Under the pieces are notes generated by a model. It had not been told where the DNA came from, ran no database searches, and was given only the letters and a program-made list of their open reading frames with translations. Position numbers and translations under genes: made by a program. 64,000 bases of DNA, taken from positions 1-64,000 of the IMG/VR virus record IMGVR_UViG_3300043399_000446; one strand, written 5' to 3'. Origin of the DNA: a virus. Shown piece after piece: positions 47,211-57,835 of the stretch; positions within the stretch are counted from its first letter, which is position 1; each line of letters starts with the position of its first letter.

Positions 47211-49322
47211 TTACTTTAATCCTGCTAGCTTTTTCCAGTCAGTTAAAGAATCACCTTCTGTTACTTTAACTGATGTGTGGGGTAGCGTTGTTTGATCACG
47301 CTTTTGTTTATTCAACCCACCTGATATTACCTTAGTCATAAAATCCATATCCGCTTCAAATGTATCATCAGCACTGTTTGCAAATGATTCTTCTAATCCA
47401 TCATCCTGTTCTTCATCTGATTCTTCTTCAAGTTTAGAATCATCTGCACCTGCTGAATTTGCTAATCCTATGTTATCAGCAGCGATTTCTTTATCTTCTG
47501 CGTCGACTTCTTCTGCACCTGAATCGGGAGGATTATCTTCAGAAACTTCAAATTCCATCTGATCCTCTGTTTCGACTTCATCAACCATTTCTTTATCGCC
47601 GCAAGAATGTCCTGCTTCCAGCATGCCACCGCATTCTTGGCATGTTTCTTTATGACCGTCACATTGGCAATCTTGCATACCGCAATCAGGGCATACTTCA
47701 CCGTGTTCGTGATCGTGACTACCCATCTCATCAGCATAATCGTGAGAATCATCATGTGAGCCACCTGGCATACCTGTTCCAGCTACTTTCTTAATTAGTG
47801 CCATCATACCATCATGATCGTCAACTACTGTAAGATCGCCATGTTGTTTAACCGTATCTTGGTCAGCATGTGAAACTCCATAGTCGCTAGGTTGTTCTTC
47901 ACCGCCTAGAATTCCCATTTGCTTTACTAAAGCCATAAGCTTGTCTGCATCACTATCGCTAGCAGTTACACTTACTGAATCAGGAGCACCCATTTGACCT
48001 TTTGATACAGAAATGCTCATCCCTTCTTCGATGGCTTCACCTTCAGTTAGAAGTTCATTTAGTTGGTTGTCCCAACCTTCAAATGCCATCATCATTTCAT
48101 CAACTTTAGCATCATAATCTGATGTATCTTTGAAAGTTTTGCCACCAACACTAAACTTTTCACCTTTTTCTGCTTTTGCTAATGCTGCTGTGAAAGCATT
48201 TCCTTCTTCCATTTCATCTTCCATTGCTGGCATAGCTTGACTTGCCATTCCAGAAACTGTTGCTGCGGGCATTTCTTCACCAACTACTACACCACGCATT
48301 GGCATGATACCATAGCATTCGTCAAGACCCATTTTGTATCCTTCGTGATACATACGAGCTTCTTCGCTGCCTTCATCATAACGGCAGTGATAACTTTCTT
48401 TAGCAAGAGCGTGTGATTTGCCTCTGTGGTGTGCTGCTTTTAGGCGTTGATCCATGCCTTCTTCTACTTTCTTTTTCTTTTTATCACCAGCAGCCTTCTT
48501 CATGGTTTCTTTCTTGTTTCCATCTTTATCTAAGTCTAGAAAATCTGGTTTTGATCCTTTTGCTTCTAATGTTAAAGGAGATGCTAATGCGTCATTTGGT
48601 GGCATATCAGCTTCATTAGTTTTAGCACGTAGTTTAGCTAATACTGCACCTGCTACTTTTTCACCACGCTCTTTTGAACCATAATGCTCGCCCGCACTCT
48701 TAGCAATCTTAGCAAACTGCTTACCAGGCTTACCAATGTCTTTACCTGCACGGGCTGCCTTAGCTGAGTAATCGGCTTCACCTAGCTCGCTACCTGCCAA
48801 ACTCATTTCACCCTTGCCAATAGCTTGTTTGATTGTGTTAGCTAGTTGTGGATTAGCAACTTGTCCTAATACTTTAGTACCTTGTTTGATTACTTGTGTA
48901 GATGCTTTAGCTGGTTCTATAGTTAATTGTTCTGCTTCGGCTAGCATATCCAACTCAGCAATCCAATCTTTTAGGCTTTCTTTGACTTTCTTTTTCTCTG
49001 ATGGCTCCTTGTCAGATAGCTTGTGCTTTGTTTTTCCTAGCTTTTCTAGTTCTTTGCTTTTCTTAGGAACGCTACCTACAATATAACGCTGTAACTCTGA
49101 TGCTCCACCATAACGCTTTGATGTATCAGCTTCACCACCTGCTTTACGAGGACGGCCGCGGCCACGCTTTTCAGCAGGAGCCGCAGTTTTTTTCTCACCA
49201 TCTTCGTCATCTTCGTCATCATGTTGTGCGGCGCCACCATAAGCTTTACCTGCGACTTTTCTTGATGTCATTTCAGCTTCGTTAAGCTGGTCTAGTTTTC
49301 CTAAAAGACTTTTGAAATCCAT
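47211..49322 (-). CDS. long acidic/modular probable prohead core or internal protein
   Basis: Many [ILV]xE sites, acidic tracts, His/Cys cluster, C-terminal KLAGL. Confidence 0.6.
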   Translation of the reverse strand: MDFKSLLGKLDQLNEAEMTSRKVAGKAYGGAAQHDDEDDEDGEKKTAAPAEKRGRGRPRKAGGEADTSKRYGGASELQRYIVGSVPKKSKELEKLGKTKHKLSDKEPSEKKKVKESLKDWIAELDMLAEAEQLTIEPAKASTQVIKQGTKVLGQVANPQLANTIKQAIGKGEMSLAGSELGEADYSAKAARAGKDIGKPGKQFAKIAKSAGEHYGSKERGEKVAGAVLAKLRAKTNEADMPPNDALASPLTLEAKGSKPDFLDLDKDGNKKETMKKAAGDKKKKKVEEGMDQRLKAAHHRGKSHALAKESYHCRYDEGSEEARMYHEGYKMGLDECYGIMPMRGVVVGEEMPAATVSGMASQAMPAMEDEMEEGNAFTAALAKAEKGEKFSVGGKTFKDTSDYDAKVDEMMMAFEGWDNQLNELLTEGEAIEEGMSISVSKGQMGAPDSVSVTASDSDADKLMALVKQMGILGGEEQPSDYGVSHADQDTVKQHGDLTVVDDHDGMMALIKKVAGTGMPGGSHDDSHDYADEMGSHDHEHGEVCPDCGMQDCQCDGHKETCQECGGMLEAGHSCGDKEMVDEVETEDQMEFEVSEDNPPDSGAEEVDAEDKEIAADNIGLANSAGADDSKLEEESDEEQDDGLEESFANSADDTFEADMDFMTKVISGGLNKQKRDQTTLPHTSVKVTEGDSLTDWKKLAGLK

Positions 49323-49334
49323 TTTAAGTTCCTT

Positions 49335-49958
49335 TTATTTCTTGGCGCCAGTTTTTGGTAATGCTGGTCGTTTAATTGTAGTCATTGGACTCTTTACACC
49401 TAAAGATGCGTCATCTTTTTGTGGCTTCCATGGGTCAAAACTATCTTTAGTTTTAGGAGCATCAAAATGCTCAGTGCCCTTGATATGTCCATCATCCGTT
49501 TGTTTCTTGATTTCATCTAGATACGAATTGCCATAAGCTTTAGCAGCTTCTTTACCATTATCAGGCATTTCTTCATGAGTAAGAACAGGACTATTGTCCA
49601 TCTGATTCTGATACTTTTCTGCTTCACTGTTCTGACTATCATCAAATGATGTAGAAACTAATCTAACCATGTTGACATTGTAGCCTAACAGTTGGGCCAT
49701 TTGCTGAACCATAGGCTCAGTTGCTGGATATCTAAATTCACACTTGATTATTGTTACAGGTTGATTTTCTATTCCAGGAAAGCCATATGGTGTTTTCTGA
49801 ATAGGAGTAGAAACAGGTTCACTGATTTTGATTGGGTCAAATTTTTTCAAGTTAAACTTGAACATATCTAACCAATTCTTATCAACTTCACCTGCAATCT
49901 TAATGGTGTAATTATATGTCTTTACACTTTCAGAGATAAATTGTTTTAACTGTTTCAT
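49335..49958 (-). CDS. probable head-associated protein
   Basis: MKQLKQFISE start, late promoter upstream. Confidence 0.65.
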   Translation of the reverse strand: MKQLKQFISESVKTYNYTIKIAGEVDKNWLDMFKFNLKKFDPIKISEPVSTPIQKTPYGFPGIENQPVTIIKCEFRYPATEPMVQQMAQLLGYNVNMVRLVSTSFDDSQNSEAEKYQNQMDNSPVLTHEEMPDNGKEAAKAYGNSYLDEIKKQTDDGHIKGTEHFDAPKTKDSFDPWKPQKDDASLGVKSPMTTIKRPALPKTGAKK

Positions 49959-49987
49959 TTATGATATTCCGTATTTTATTTATCTAT

Positions 49988-50554
49988 TTATATTTTTTTT
50001 CTACAGTTATCAAAATGCCATCTTGACATAGCAGGGTGCTGCCCCATTTTTCCACATTTAGGGCAAGTGGAAATAGGCTTAGGTCCTTTATTTTTACCCA
50101 ATAATGCTTTACTTATATTAGGCCTTTTTCTACCCTTAAGTGCTTTACTAACATGTGGTAGAGGCTTACCTAATTTACTAATACTTATAGATTTGCAATG
50201 TTGTTCAGACTTTTTCTTGCCCTCATGAGATTTACTCATTTTATTGCGTTGAGTTTTTGAGAATTTGAACCCCTCTATACCTTCACCCCCATCTGTAAGA
50301 TTTCTTAGAATTCCTGTTCCTAAATCCTTTCTACCATACCACTTAATCATTCTTCTTTCTATAGCAAGGGCACCCAATTCAGTTAAATTATGCTCTAATA
50401 TTATTATTTGAGAAAAATCTTTTGGTATATTTATAGTATGTTTTTCAATGGCTCTGGTGTTCTTTCCTTTACCAATATAATAAGGTGTCCCATCTTTTCT
50501 AAGGTAAGCGTAAACGTAAAAACCAACAGGAATAATTTTTTTGCTAAATACCAT
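49988..50554 (-). CDS. GIY-YIG homing endonuclease with NUMOD-like repeats and Zn ribbon
   Basis: YVYAYLR...YYIGKG, R, E, N motifs; CPKC...WHFDNC; start moved to MVFSKK. Confidence 0.85.
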   Translation of the reverse strand: MVFSKKIIPVGFYVYAYLRKDGTPYYIGKGKNTRAIEKHTINIPKDFSQIIILEHNLTELGALAIERRMIKWYGRKDLGTGILRNLTDGGEGIEGFKFSKTQRNKMSKSHEGKKKSEQHCKSISISKLGKPLPHVSKALKGRKRPNISKALLGKNKGPKPISTCPKCGKMGQHPAMSRWHFDNCRKKI

Positions 50555-50626
50555 GGCTGACTGCTCCTTACAAGCGTTAGAGAGGATGGGTATTTCCAGT
50601 ACCGCGATCCTCAATATCTATTTATC
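50555..50626 (-). promoter_or_regulatory. late promoter plus structured 5' leader of GIY-YIG gene
   Basis: GATAAATA, GAGGAT/ATCCTC stem with inner GGTA/TACC, second stem over AAGGAG. Confidence 0.55.
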
Positions 50627-51113
50627 ACTTATCTTTGGTTTTCTGACCTAGCATTTTCAATAGCTCATTTCTATCAGCTATTAATTTACCTTCACCTAAA
50701 GGAGTATTTTCTAGTTCTTTATTTGCTGCTTCACTTTTTTGATCTAGTGCAGCTTTTTTCAACTGTAACTCAATCATTTTTAGCTTTTTATTAAGTTTAG
50801 CTGTTTTTGCTGTTATTGCATGACCTAAAAATGTCCCTGCCGCTGCAAATATTTCACTGCTATAGCGACTATCTACCTGCATACCTAGCTCTTTCAAGTC
50901 CTTAAAACTGTCTACCGCTAAGTTTGCTAGTTCATCCATTTCTATATCGCTAGCTTCTAAACCACGCACTTGAGGTAATGCGTTGTCTATCTTTTCTAAA
51001 TTGTCTAATGCGTCTTGTGTAACTTCTTTTATTTCTTCTTTAGGTATAGGAAGATCGTCGTTAGATTCGTCATGCTGTGCTAGTTCAAAAAGTTCTGATA
51101 GTTTTTTAGTCAT
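50625..51113 (-). CDS. possible terminase small subunit (gp16-like)
   Basis: Two-helix coiled-coil with ADRNELLKML tail; position among head genes. Confidence 0.4.
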   Translation of the reverse strand: MTKKLSELFELAQHDESNDDLPIPKEEIKEVTQDALDNLEKIDNALPQVRGLEASDIEMDELANLAVDSFKDLKELGMQVDSRYSSEIFAAAGTFLGHAITAKTAKLNKKLKMIELQLKKAALDQKSEAANKELENTPLGEGKLIADRNELLKMLGQKTKDK

Positions 51114-51136
51114 AATAGGTATTTATGACTATAGGT

Positions 51137-51571
51137 TTATCTTTTACTTTTATGAAAGATATCATCTTCAGTTACGATTCTAAATGTAAGACCTGCACTC
51201 TTGCAGAATGCCATAGCCGATTTCCATTTAGCATGGTTAACAGCTACTATTGCTCTATCTTTAGCTGTAGCTGCTTTGCTTTCTATTAGACTTTGTTTTT
51301 TAGGTTTTATTTCCACTATTTCTGCCATTCTTTGGCCATATTTGTTTTCATAAACTACTAAAAAATCAGGTATATAGTTAGCTTTCTTTCCTGTCAGTGG
51401 ATTAATATAAGGTATGAATATTGGCTCACTTGCCCATTGTAAGATGCTAGGGTTGTTGTCCAAAAACATCATCATGGTCATTTCCCATCCTGATCTGTAT
51501 TTAGGTTTATGTTTTCCTATATATTTTTCAGGATTTTTAGGATTGAAAATGCCTTGAGCAAAGTTTGCCAT
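51137..51571 (-). CDS. head completion nuclease (T4 gp4-like)
   Basis: NPEKYIG, YRSGWE, WASE, YIPDF, EIKP, N.AKW, TEDD. Confidence 0.88.
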   Translation of the reverse strand: MANFAQGIFNPKNPEKYIGKHKPKYRSGWEMTMMMFLDNNPSILQWASEPIFIPYINPLTGKKANYIPDFLVVYENKYGQRMAEIVEIKPKKQSLIESKAATAKDRAIVAVNHAKWKSAMAFCKSAGLTFRIVTEDDIFHKSKR

Positions 51572-51573
51572 CT

Positions 51574-51933
51574 TTATTGAACAATGTTTCTTGCTATAAA
51601 TTGATTAGGAGGAGGTGTTACAGATACACCATATAGTGATGTTTTAGATTTAAAGCTATTCAAGTAATAACTAATAACTTTATTCATTTGTAATGCTGTA
51701 GTACCTTGGATAGAACTTAATAGTTCTAGCACTGGTATTCCAGTTTCTTGTGCTATTCTAAAAAATACAGCCGTAAAATTACCTGCTATATTTTGTGTAG
51801 CACATACTGTTCTAAAATATCCATAAACAATATCAAAATCACTGGCATTAACTTGTAGATCAAAGGCATAAAAAGAATCAAAAATTCTTACTGTTTGGTC
51901 TAATGAAGTTCTAGTATCAAGAATTTGTGGCAT
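51574..51933 (-). CDS. hypothetical tail-module protein
   Basis: 119 aa, coupled to upstream gene. Confidence 0.7.
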   Translation of the reverse strand: MPQILDTRTSLDQTVRIFDSFYAFDLQVNASDFDIVYGYFRTVCATQNIAGNFTAVFFRIAQETGIPVLELLSSIQGTTALQMNKVISYYLNSFKSKTSLYGVSVTPPPNQFIARNIVQ

Positions 51934-53126
51934 TATCTTCCTCTTGTAGCTTGCCCTGCTGTTGGATTAGGTCCTGCATTAGGAGGCTGTTGATTTGCTT
52001 GTGGTGCTCCTGCTGTCCCTTGTGAGGAGGGAGTTGCACCAAAAATGGGTGTATTAAACAACTGATTCCTATTAGGTGTACCTTGAATACTATTTATAAT
52101 GCCTGTAGTTACTTCGGACCTTGCTATTTTTGCTAAATTTTGTCCTTTAAATGCGTTGTATGTTGTGCCTGCATTTCTAACAGCACCCAATACATCTCCT
52201 TCTAAAATCAAGCTCTTTAATGTCCCACCTACACCATCCACTAATCCCCCTTGACCCATTATAGTTCTGTTAGATCCTGGTTTAGCTATTGGACTAAGCA
52301 ATCTATCGTATGTAGCTTCATCACCAAATCCAGGTATATAATTTTCTGGTTTTCCCCCATCTAGTTTACCTTCGTTGTATACTACGGTTTCATAATCTAA
52401 TGTCATACTATTTTCCATAGTACCTGCATTTTCACCATAACTATATGTATCGTGTGCAAATCTTGTTATTATAGGGTTTATCAAAGTATATGCAGTAAAA
52501 TTGTGTTGATTGAATCCAAAAATAGTAATATCTTTAAAGAAAGGAACCTTTTGGGGTGCATTAGGATTTGTAGCTTCACCCGTAAAGCCCCAATCATTAT
52601 TTACTATTTGTTCTGAATATATATCTCTGTAATTATAATTAGCTAATGTGGGGCTTCCTTGACCATTAGCAGGACCTTGAGTGCCTTGTGCTGGTCCACC
52701 CCTTGCACCACCAAATACTACATTAGGATTTCTAGCATCTCTGAAATAGTATGTGAAATAACTTACCCACATTCCATTAATCAAATTATTATTGTCATCA
52801 TGAAAAGTGATATCAATAGGATCATACTTAACTTTTGTATAAGTTAATCTTTTTCTATTATATTGATTGTGTTCTGATGATTGTAAAGTAAAACTGGGGA
52901 GCTTTGCTGTCTTAACAGCTAATCCAAAATTCTCATTTCTAAGGGTATTTCTTGTATAAGCGTCTTGATTTATATTAAAATATACATGAAAAAGAAATTT
53001 GAATTTAGGTGCGTACTGATAACCATTACTTCTAAATGTTTTAGAAGCATGTGTATAATCTCTTAAATAATCGCTGCCGAAGAACGCTCCAGCAGCGTTA
53101 TTAAATTGGTTATTAAACCATCCCAT
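51933..53126 (-). CDS. tail tube initiator/baseplate subunit (gp48/gp54-like)
   Basis: Tube-fold motifs KLPSF, YDPIDITFHDD, LINPII, LDYE. Confidence 0.65.
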   Translation of the reverse strand: MGWFNNQFNNAAGAFFGSDYLRDYTHASKTFRSNGYQYAPKFKFLFHVYFNINQDAYTRNTLRNENFGLAVKTAKLPSFTLQSSEHNQYNRKRLTYTKVKYDPIDITFHDDNNNLINGMWVSYFTYYFRDARNPNVVFGGARGGPAQGTQGPANGQGSPTLANYNYRDIYSEQIVNNDWGFTGEATNPNAPQKVPFFKDITIFGFNQHNFTAYTLINPIITRFAHDTYSYGENAGTMENSMTLDYETVVYNEGKLDGGKPENYIPGFGDEATYDRLLSPIAKPGSNRTIMGQGGLVDGVGGTLKSLILEGDVLGAVRNAGTTYNAFKGQNLAKIARSEVTTGIINSIQGTPNRNQLFNTPIFGATPSSQGTAGAPQANQQPPNAGPNPTAGQATRGR

Positions 53127-53127
53127 A

Positions 53128-53769
53128 TTACTGGCTTATTGAACTACCTATACCTGTAACTGAAGTTCCGCCAAATGCACGACCAACGCTTGCACCAACG
53201 CCAGAAGCCAATGGTGCTTGAATTGCGTTATCAAATCTTATTGATAGTGATATAGTTACAACATCGCTTGTTCCATAATTTAGAGTATTATAGTTAGCTG
53301 ATGCTAAGAAGCAACCATATAATTCCCATGTCTCTAGAACTTGAGGTACTGCTGCACCATTTCCACCGTCTAGAATTTCGACGTTTGTTTGGAACTTATA
53401 GTCTTGACCTGTTGCTGCACTAGCTTGCTCAACAAAGTCCATTTGCTTCTGAATTTGTTGACCTACTAGTTTAGCTACACTACCTGATGCGTCGTCACGA
53501 ATATTGATAGACATTGGTGCCCAAGTATGTTTACCTGATAGATAAATCGTAGAGTTGTACACTGGTAATGTAATTTCCGAAAAGGTTACATTAGGTCTAG
53601 AACAATCTATAACTTGTTTAGTCAATTCTATTGAATTTGCTTCTACACCAAAGTTTAAGAAATTTACTCTAAAACGGAATTGTAGTTTAGGCATTAATAA
53701 GCCTTGGCTTCCCCCAGCGTTATCTGACGCTACGGTCATGTTGAACAATGATTGTGAGGCTGTTGCCAT
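53128..53769 (-). CDS. tail tube protein (gp19-like)
   Basis: RFRV, RPNVTF, GKHTW, WELYGCF, directly after sheath. Confidence 0.85.
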   Translation of the reverse strand: MATASQSLFNMTVASDNAGGSQGLLMPKLQFRFRVNFLNFGVEANSIELTKQVIDCSRPNVTFSEITLPVYNSTIYLSGKHTWAPMSINIRDDASGSVAKLVGQQIQKQMDFVEQASAATGQDYKFQTNVEILDGGNGAAVPQVLETWELYGCFLASANYNTLNYGTSDVVTISLSIRFDNAIQAPLASGVGASVGRAFGGTSVTGIGSSISQ

Positions 53770-53804
53770 TTTTTTATCTCCTATTATTTGTATTTATCAT
53801 TACT

Positions 53805-53828
53805 AGATAAGGGGTTTCCCCCTTATCT
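53805..53828 (-). terminator. hairpin after sheath gene
   Basis: 10-bp stem with GAAA loop on minus. Confidence 0.55.
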
Positions 53829-56800
53829 TAGGCTGATAATTCTCCTGTGTTTAGAACACGAACTGGAATGTAGATGAATTCAGCAGCTTTCACTGGCTCA
53901 ATCGCAACGTCAACCCATAGTTCATTTCTATCTATTCTAGCAGGTGTGTTATTACTTTCATCACAAACTACTAGATAGTCGTAAATACCACGTTTTGCAA
54001 CTAAATCAATCATAAGTGTTTCGATAACACCTGCGATTTCATTACGTGTCAATGCATCATTAGGTTCAAACACAAATGGTCTAGAAGCTAGTGTTAGCTG
54101 ACGACGGATATATGCTACCAATCTTGCTACATTAGTTCTGTCTAGTGCGCTTTGTGAATTGAAACTTGTCTTATTGCCATAGTTCAATAATCCTACACCC
54201 GTAAAGAATACTAATGGGTTGATGAAATTGGTATACAATACATCACGAATACCTATACGTGTCTTAATTGTTACAAACTCACCTGTTGTTCTATTCAAGT
54301 AACCTATGTTAGTTGCGTTATCAATGATACCACGGCGTGTACCTGCTGCTGCTAACCATGGATAAGAAATAGTATCATTACGCAAGAATGTACGTAGCAT
54401 CATATGTGATGCTGGTACAGCAACTAAATTACCATTCAAGTCTGAAGTGATACCACTGGGATAAAATAGACCCATGTAAGTATTACGTGATACTAGACCT
54501 TCTTCGCCTGTTGAAGTTGCACCTACAGCATTATTTGCCCATGCTTGAATTGCGGTAGCGTCATCAGCTAAACCCATTGGTGTGTCACCAATAATATAGG
54601 CTGTTTCACCTCTATCAGCATTTAATACTATCATGTTAGGTTGTAACTCAGGATAGTTGGGAGTAGCAATTAGATTGAAAAAGTTATCTTCATCACGTAT
54701 ATCTGTGTTAGTATCAATTGCTTGACGCATTGATTGAACAACCATATTACGCTGTGCTTTACGGCCCATAAATGGCGCACCATTACTTTGTAAACCACTT
54801 ACTGATACCCAAGCATCTTTTTGTGCAGGTAACGATTGATTTGGAAAGTTGCTTCCACTGAAATAGTTTGCTCTAAACTGTTTTACGTTATATCCCGAGC
54901 GTCTTGTGTTGAATAAAAGCATACCTGTTGGATACAATGAAGCATCAGGAGCATCTAAGTCAAGATAATTGCTTGTTAATAGTGAAGCAATTGTGGGAAC
55001 TGGATCATCGACTGCACTTGTTGTACTATTAGTTGCCCAACGAGCATCAGCAAATAAAACACCATTTGAACTTACTTGATCTGTATTATTGATTAGCGTC
55101 CACTGATCTTCGCCATCCACACTTTCATAACGGCGTATTATGGGATAATTTTCTAAATCACTCGTATCTATCCATAAATCACCATAAACTAGTGACGTTC
55201 CATCGCTCTGTGCTGTAGGTGCTGTTGCACTAATGATAGGACCATTTGGATCAGTAGCGTTTGTTCCACTGGGTGTTGGAAAACCTGAAGAATCATAATT
55301 TTGATTCTTATATCCCCTCCAGTTACCATTGTAGTTTACCATGATATCTACTTGGTCGACTACTGAATAGAACCAATTTGTACCGTTCGCTGGTGCTTGT
55401 GCAGGCTCGCCTTCATTAGCAGTATATGTAAATTCAACCCAGTTACTGATCTGCGTAGTATAATTGCTTGCTGCTGTTCCTGAAATATATGTGACGCGGC
55501 TAACTGCTCCACCTGTTACAGCAGCCACTTCAATGACAAGATTATTTGCTGGCGCAGTGCCTCCTAAACTATTACCCGCGATAGTAATTTGATCGCCTAC
55601 AGCGTAACCTGAACCGCTTGCTGAAGGTATTGGAGCAACAGTATAAGATTCATATGATTTTGTGATATTAAATATTGCACCTGTACCTGCTCCAGTTGTT
55701 GATGTTTGCGAAACTGAAAACATTTTCACATCTGAAGGACCTATTTTACAACCTGACGTTGTTCCCACAACGAATCCTGCTGTTACTAATAATCCATTAG
55801 AAACGCCAGTTAGGGTATTGTAGTCATTAAGAACAATTTCACCACCTTGTGTATGAACTAGCTGTATTGAACCGCTAGTGGTAACTGAGGCTACTGTGTT
55901 AGGTATATTTGCAGCAGACCAACGAGTTACAAAATCTGTAGCAGTATCATTATTATTTATAGTAACAGTGTAATAAGATGAAAGTGATGAACTACCTGGT
56001 GTACTTACTGCCACACGTAATGTATATGGTCCTGATGAGAATACTGGATTATCGACAGAACCTGTTACAACTGTTGGACCAGTAGCTATACGCTCCCATA
56101 AATAAACTGGTGTCAAACTTGAGTCATTAAAGTTGTATTGCGCGTAAATAGAACCTGCAGGAATCGCTTTTCCACCAGTCGCGTCTAAGCTTTCTGTTGC
56201 TGCCCAGTCACTTGTAGCTAATGTTACAGCTTTTGTTGACCATGATGCTATGCCCGCGTCATAGCGAGCAATTACAGGAGCTAAACCTCCTCCTGCTGCA
56301 CCTACTTTAACCCATACTGAACCTGTAGGTCTTGGATTAGTTTGACTGCTTGTCCATAATGGCATTTGCGCCGCCGTACCATAATAAAAGCCTGGTTGTA
56401 AATAATTACCCGTATTTATTCCTAAATCTGTTAGTACTGTGCTACCTAATACTTGAGTTATTTCAATATAATTAGCATTACTTTGGCCTTTTTGCCTTGA
56501 ATAGATAGCTAGTTTTCCATCTACCACTTCAGCAAATAAGTCATACCAACCTAGTTCATTAATAACATTTTGTACACCGTGAACTGTATTATCAGGTGCT
56601 AGAGGTACTATAATATTTGCACTTATTGTGCCACCTAGACTTAATACAAAAGAATCACCAGCTGTTAGTGTAGGTTCACTTTGCGTTCCCTGGATTGTTG
56701 GCCAATCTGCTTTCCACGCATCTGAACCTAATGGTACCCATACATTGTTGGTTGATTTATAAAAATATTGTGCTGCATCGCTTGGTGCTGCTGTAATTTG

Positions 56801-57370
56801 TATAGCATTTACAGCGTATTCACCTATGTTACCAATGCTTGCTAATGGTACTCCACCTGACAATTGATCTGAATCTGTAATAACGATAGGGAATTGTTGT
56901 GTGAATTTACCAGTTGTAGCGTTGAATTCGAAAATTCCCCATGTACTATCTGTGGTATCTAACCAGTAAGCACCATTATCTGGTGCACCTGTTGGACGAC
57001 CTGTTTGACCTACTAGGGCTGCTAAGTCAATGTCTGAACGAAGTACGTAACAACGATTTGTTGCGCCTAATACTGAGTAGGCTGCTAATAAACCATATTC
57101 GTTTAGTTCATAACCTTGAATAGGTGTACCATTTGTTGTTGTATAAAAGAATGGTGTACCATAAAGATTTACTAAATCACGCTGACTTGTTACTAAGAAT
57201 AATTTATTAGAGTTAGCTAATGTCGTAGCTTGTGCGACACCTGTACCCGAGGCGTCTGCCTTGTTCTGTGCTGTAGCTACAACTACAAGAGGTACTGAAT
57301 TTGTTGGGGCAGGAAGATATTGACTTTGGTCAATAATCGTTACTTCTACGCCGGGTGATGTTAAAGCCAT
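53828..57370 (-). CDS. tail sheath protein (gp18-like) with large insertions
   Basis: SPGVEV start, PWLAAAG..RG, NVARL, FEPND, CDESNNTP, P.KAAEFIYI. Confidence 0.95.
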   Translation of the reverse strand: MALTSPGVEVTIIDQSQYLPAPTNSVPLVVVATAQNKADASGTGVAQATTLANSNKLFLVTSQRDLVNLYGTPFFYTTTNGTPIQGYELNEYGLLAAYSVLGATNRCYVLRSDIDLAALVGQTGRPTGAPDNGAYWLDTTDSTWGIFEFNATTGKFTQQFPIVITDSDQLSGGVPLASIGNIGEYAVNAIQITAAPSDAAQYFYKSTNNVWVPLGSDAWKADWPTIQGTQSEPTLTAGDSFVLSLGGTISANIIVPLAPDNTVHGVQNVINELGWYDLFAEVVDGKLAIYSRQKGQSNANYIEITQVLGSTVLTDLGINTGNYLQPGFYYGTAAQMPLWTSSQTNPRPTGSVWVKVGAAGGGLAPVIARYDAGIASWSTKAVTLATSDWAATESLDATGGKAIPAGSIYAQYNFNDSSLTPVYLWERIATGPTVVTGSVDNPVFSSGPYTLRVAVSTPGSSSLSSYYTVTINNNDTATDFVTRWSAANIPNTVASVTTSGSIQLVHTQGGEIVLNDYNTLTGVSNGLLVTAGFVVGTTSGCKIGPSDVKMFSVSQTSTTGAGTGAIFNITKSYESYTVAPIPSASGSGYAVGDQITIAGNSLGGTAPANNLVIEVAAVTGGAVSRVTYISGTAASNYTTQISNWVEFTYTANEGEPAQAPANGTNWFYSVVDQVDIMVNYNGNWRGYKNQNYDSSGFPTPSGTNATDPNGPIISATAPTAQSDGTSLVYGDLWIDTSDLENYPIIRRYESVDGEDQWTLINNTDQVSSNGVLFADARWATNSTTSAVDDPVPTIASLLTSNYLDLDAPDASLYPTGMLLFNTRRSGYNVKQFRANYFSGSNFPNQSLPAQKDAWVSVSGLQSNGAPFMGRKAQRNMVVQSMRQAIDTNTDIRDEDNFFNLIATPNYPELQPNMIVLNADRGETAYIIGDTPMGLADDATAIQAWANNAVGATSTGEEGLVSRNTYMGLFYPSGITSDLNGNLVAVPASHMMLRTFLRNDTISYPWLAAAGTRRGIIDNATNIGYLNRTTGEFVTIKTRIGIRDVLYTNFINPLVFFTGVGLLNYGNKTSFNSQSALDRTNVARLVAYIRRQLTLASRPFVFEPNDALTRNEIAGVIETLMIDLVAKRGIYDYLVVCDESNNTPARIDRNELWVDVAIEPVKAAEFIYIPVRVLNTGELSA

Positions 57371-57490
57371 TTTATATTTCCTTTATTGTAAAATTTTGAG
57401 GTTTACCGCCTGAGTTATAAGATTATTTAGCAAAAATTTCAAAAAAGTGCTCAAACCGTGCCTTCGAAGGTTCCAAAACATAAATACTTT

Positions 57491-57835
57491 ATGAGACCTA
57501 TTTGCGAAACCTGTAACAAAAATGTCAGGTCAATAAATTACATTAAAAATGGACAATACCATTACCGTAGCCAATGCGATGAGTGTAGAAGAAAGAAAAT
57601 AAATCTACCACCTAGAAAACCTAATTGGCTCAGGAGTGGTTATAAGAAAAAACCCGCATGTGATTTATGCGGGTTTAAGTGCATCTATCAATCTCAGATA
57701 GTAGTCTATCACATTGATGGTGACTTAGAGAACATTGAATTTAATAATTTACGCAGCGTGTGTTTGAATTGTATTGAAGTAGTAAAACGTACAAAGGTTA
57801 CTTGGCGCAGGGGTGATTTAAAAGTTGACTACTAA
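57491..57835 (+). CDS. small Zn-binding HNH-like protein
   Basis: CxxC pairs, HIDGDLEN...NL..VCLNC; ATG 4 nt after TAAATA. Confidence 0.7.
   Translation: MRPICETCNKNVRSINYIKNGQYHYRSQCDECRRKKINLPPRKPNWLRSGYKKKPACDLCGFKCIYQSQIVVYHIDGDLENIEFNNLRSVCLNCIEVVKRTKVTWRRGDLKVDY
57647..57676 (-). terminator. terminator for dNMP kinase transcript, inside opposite-strand CDS
   Basis: AAACCCGCAT/ATGCGGGTTT stem with T6 tail on minus. Confidence 0.55.
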
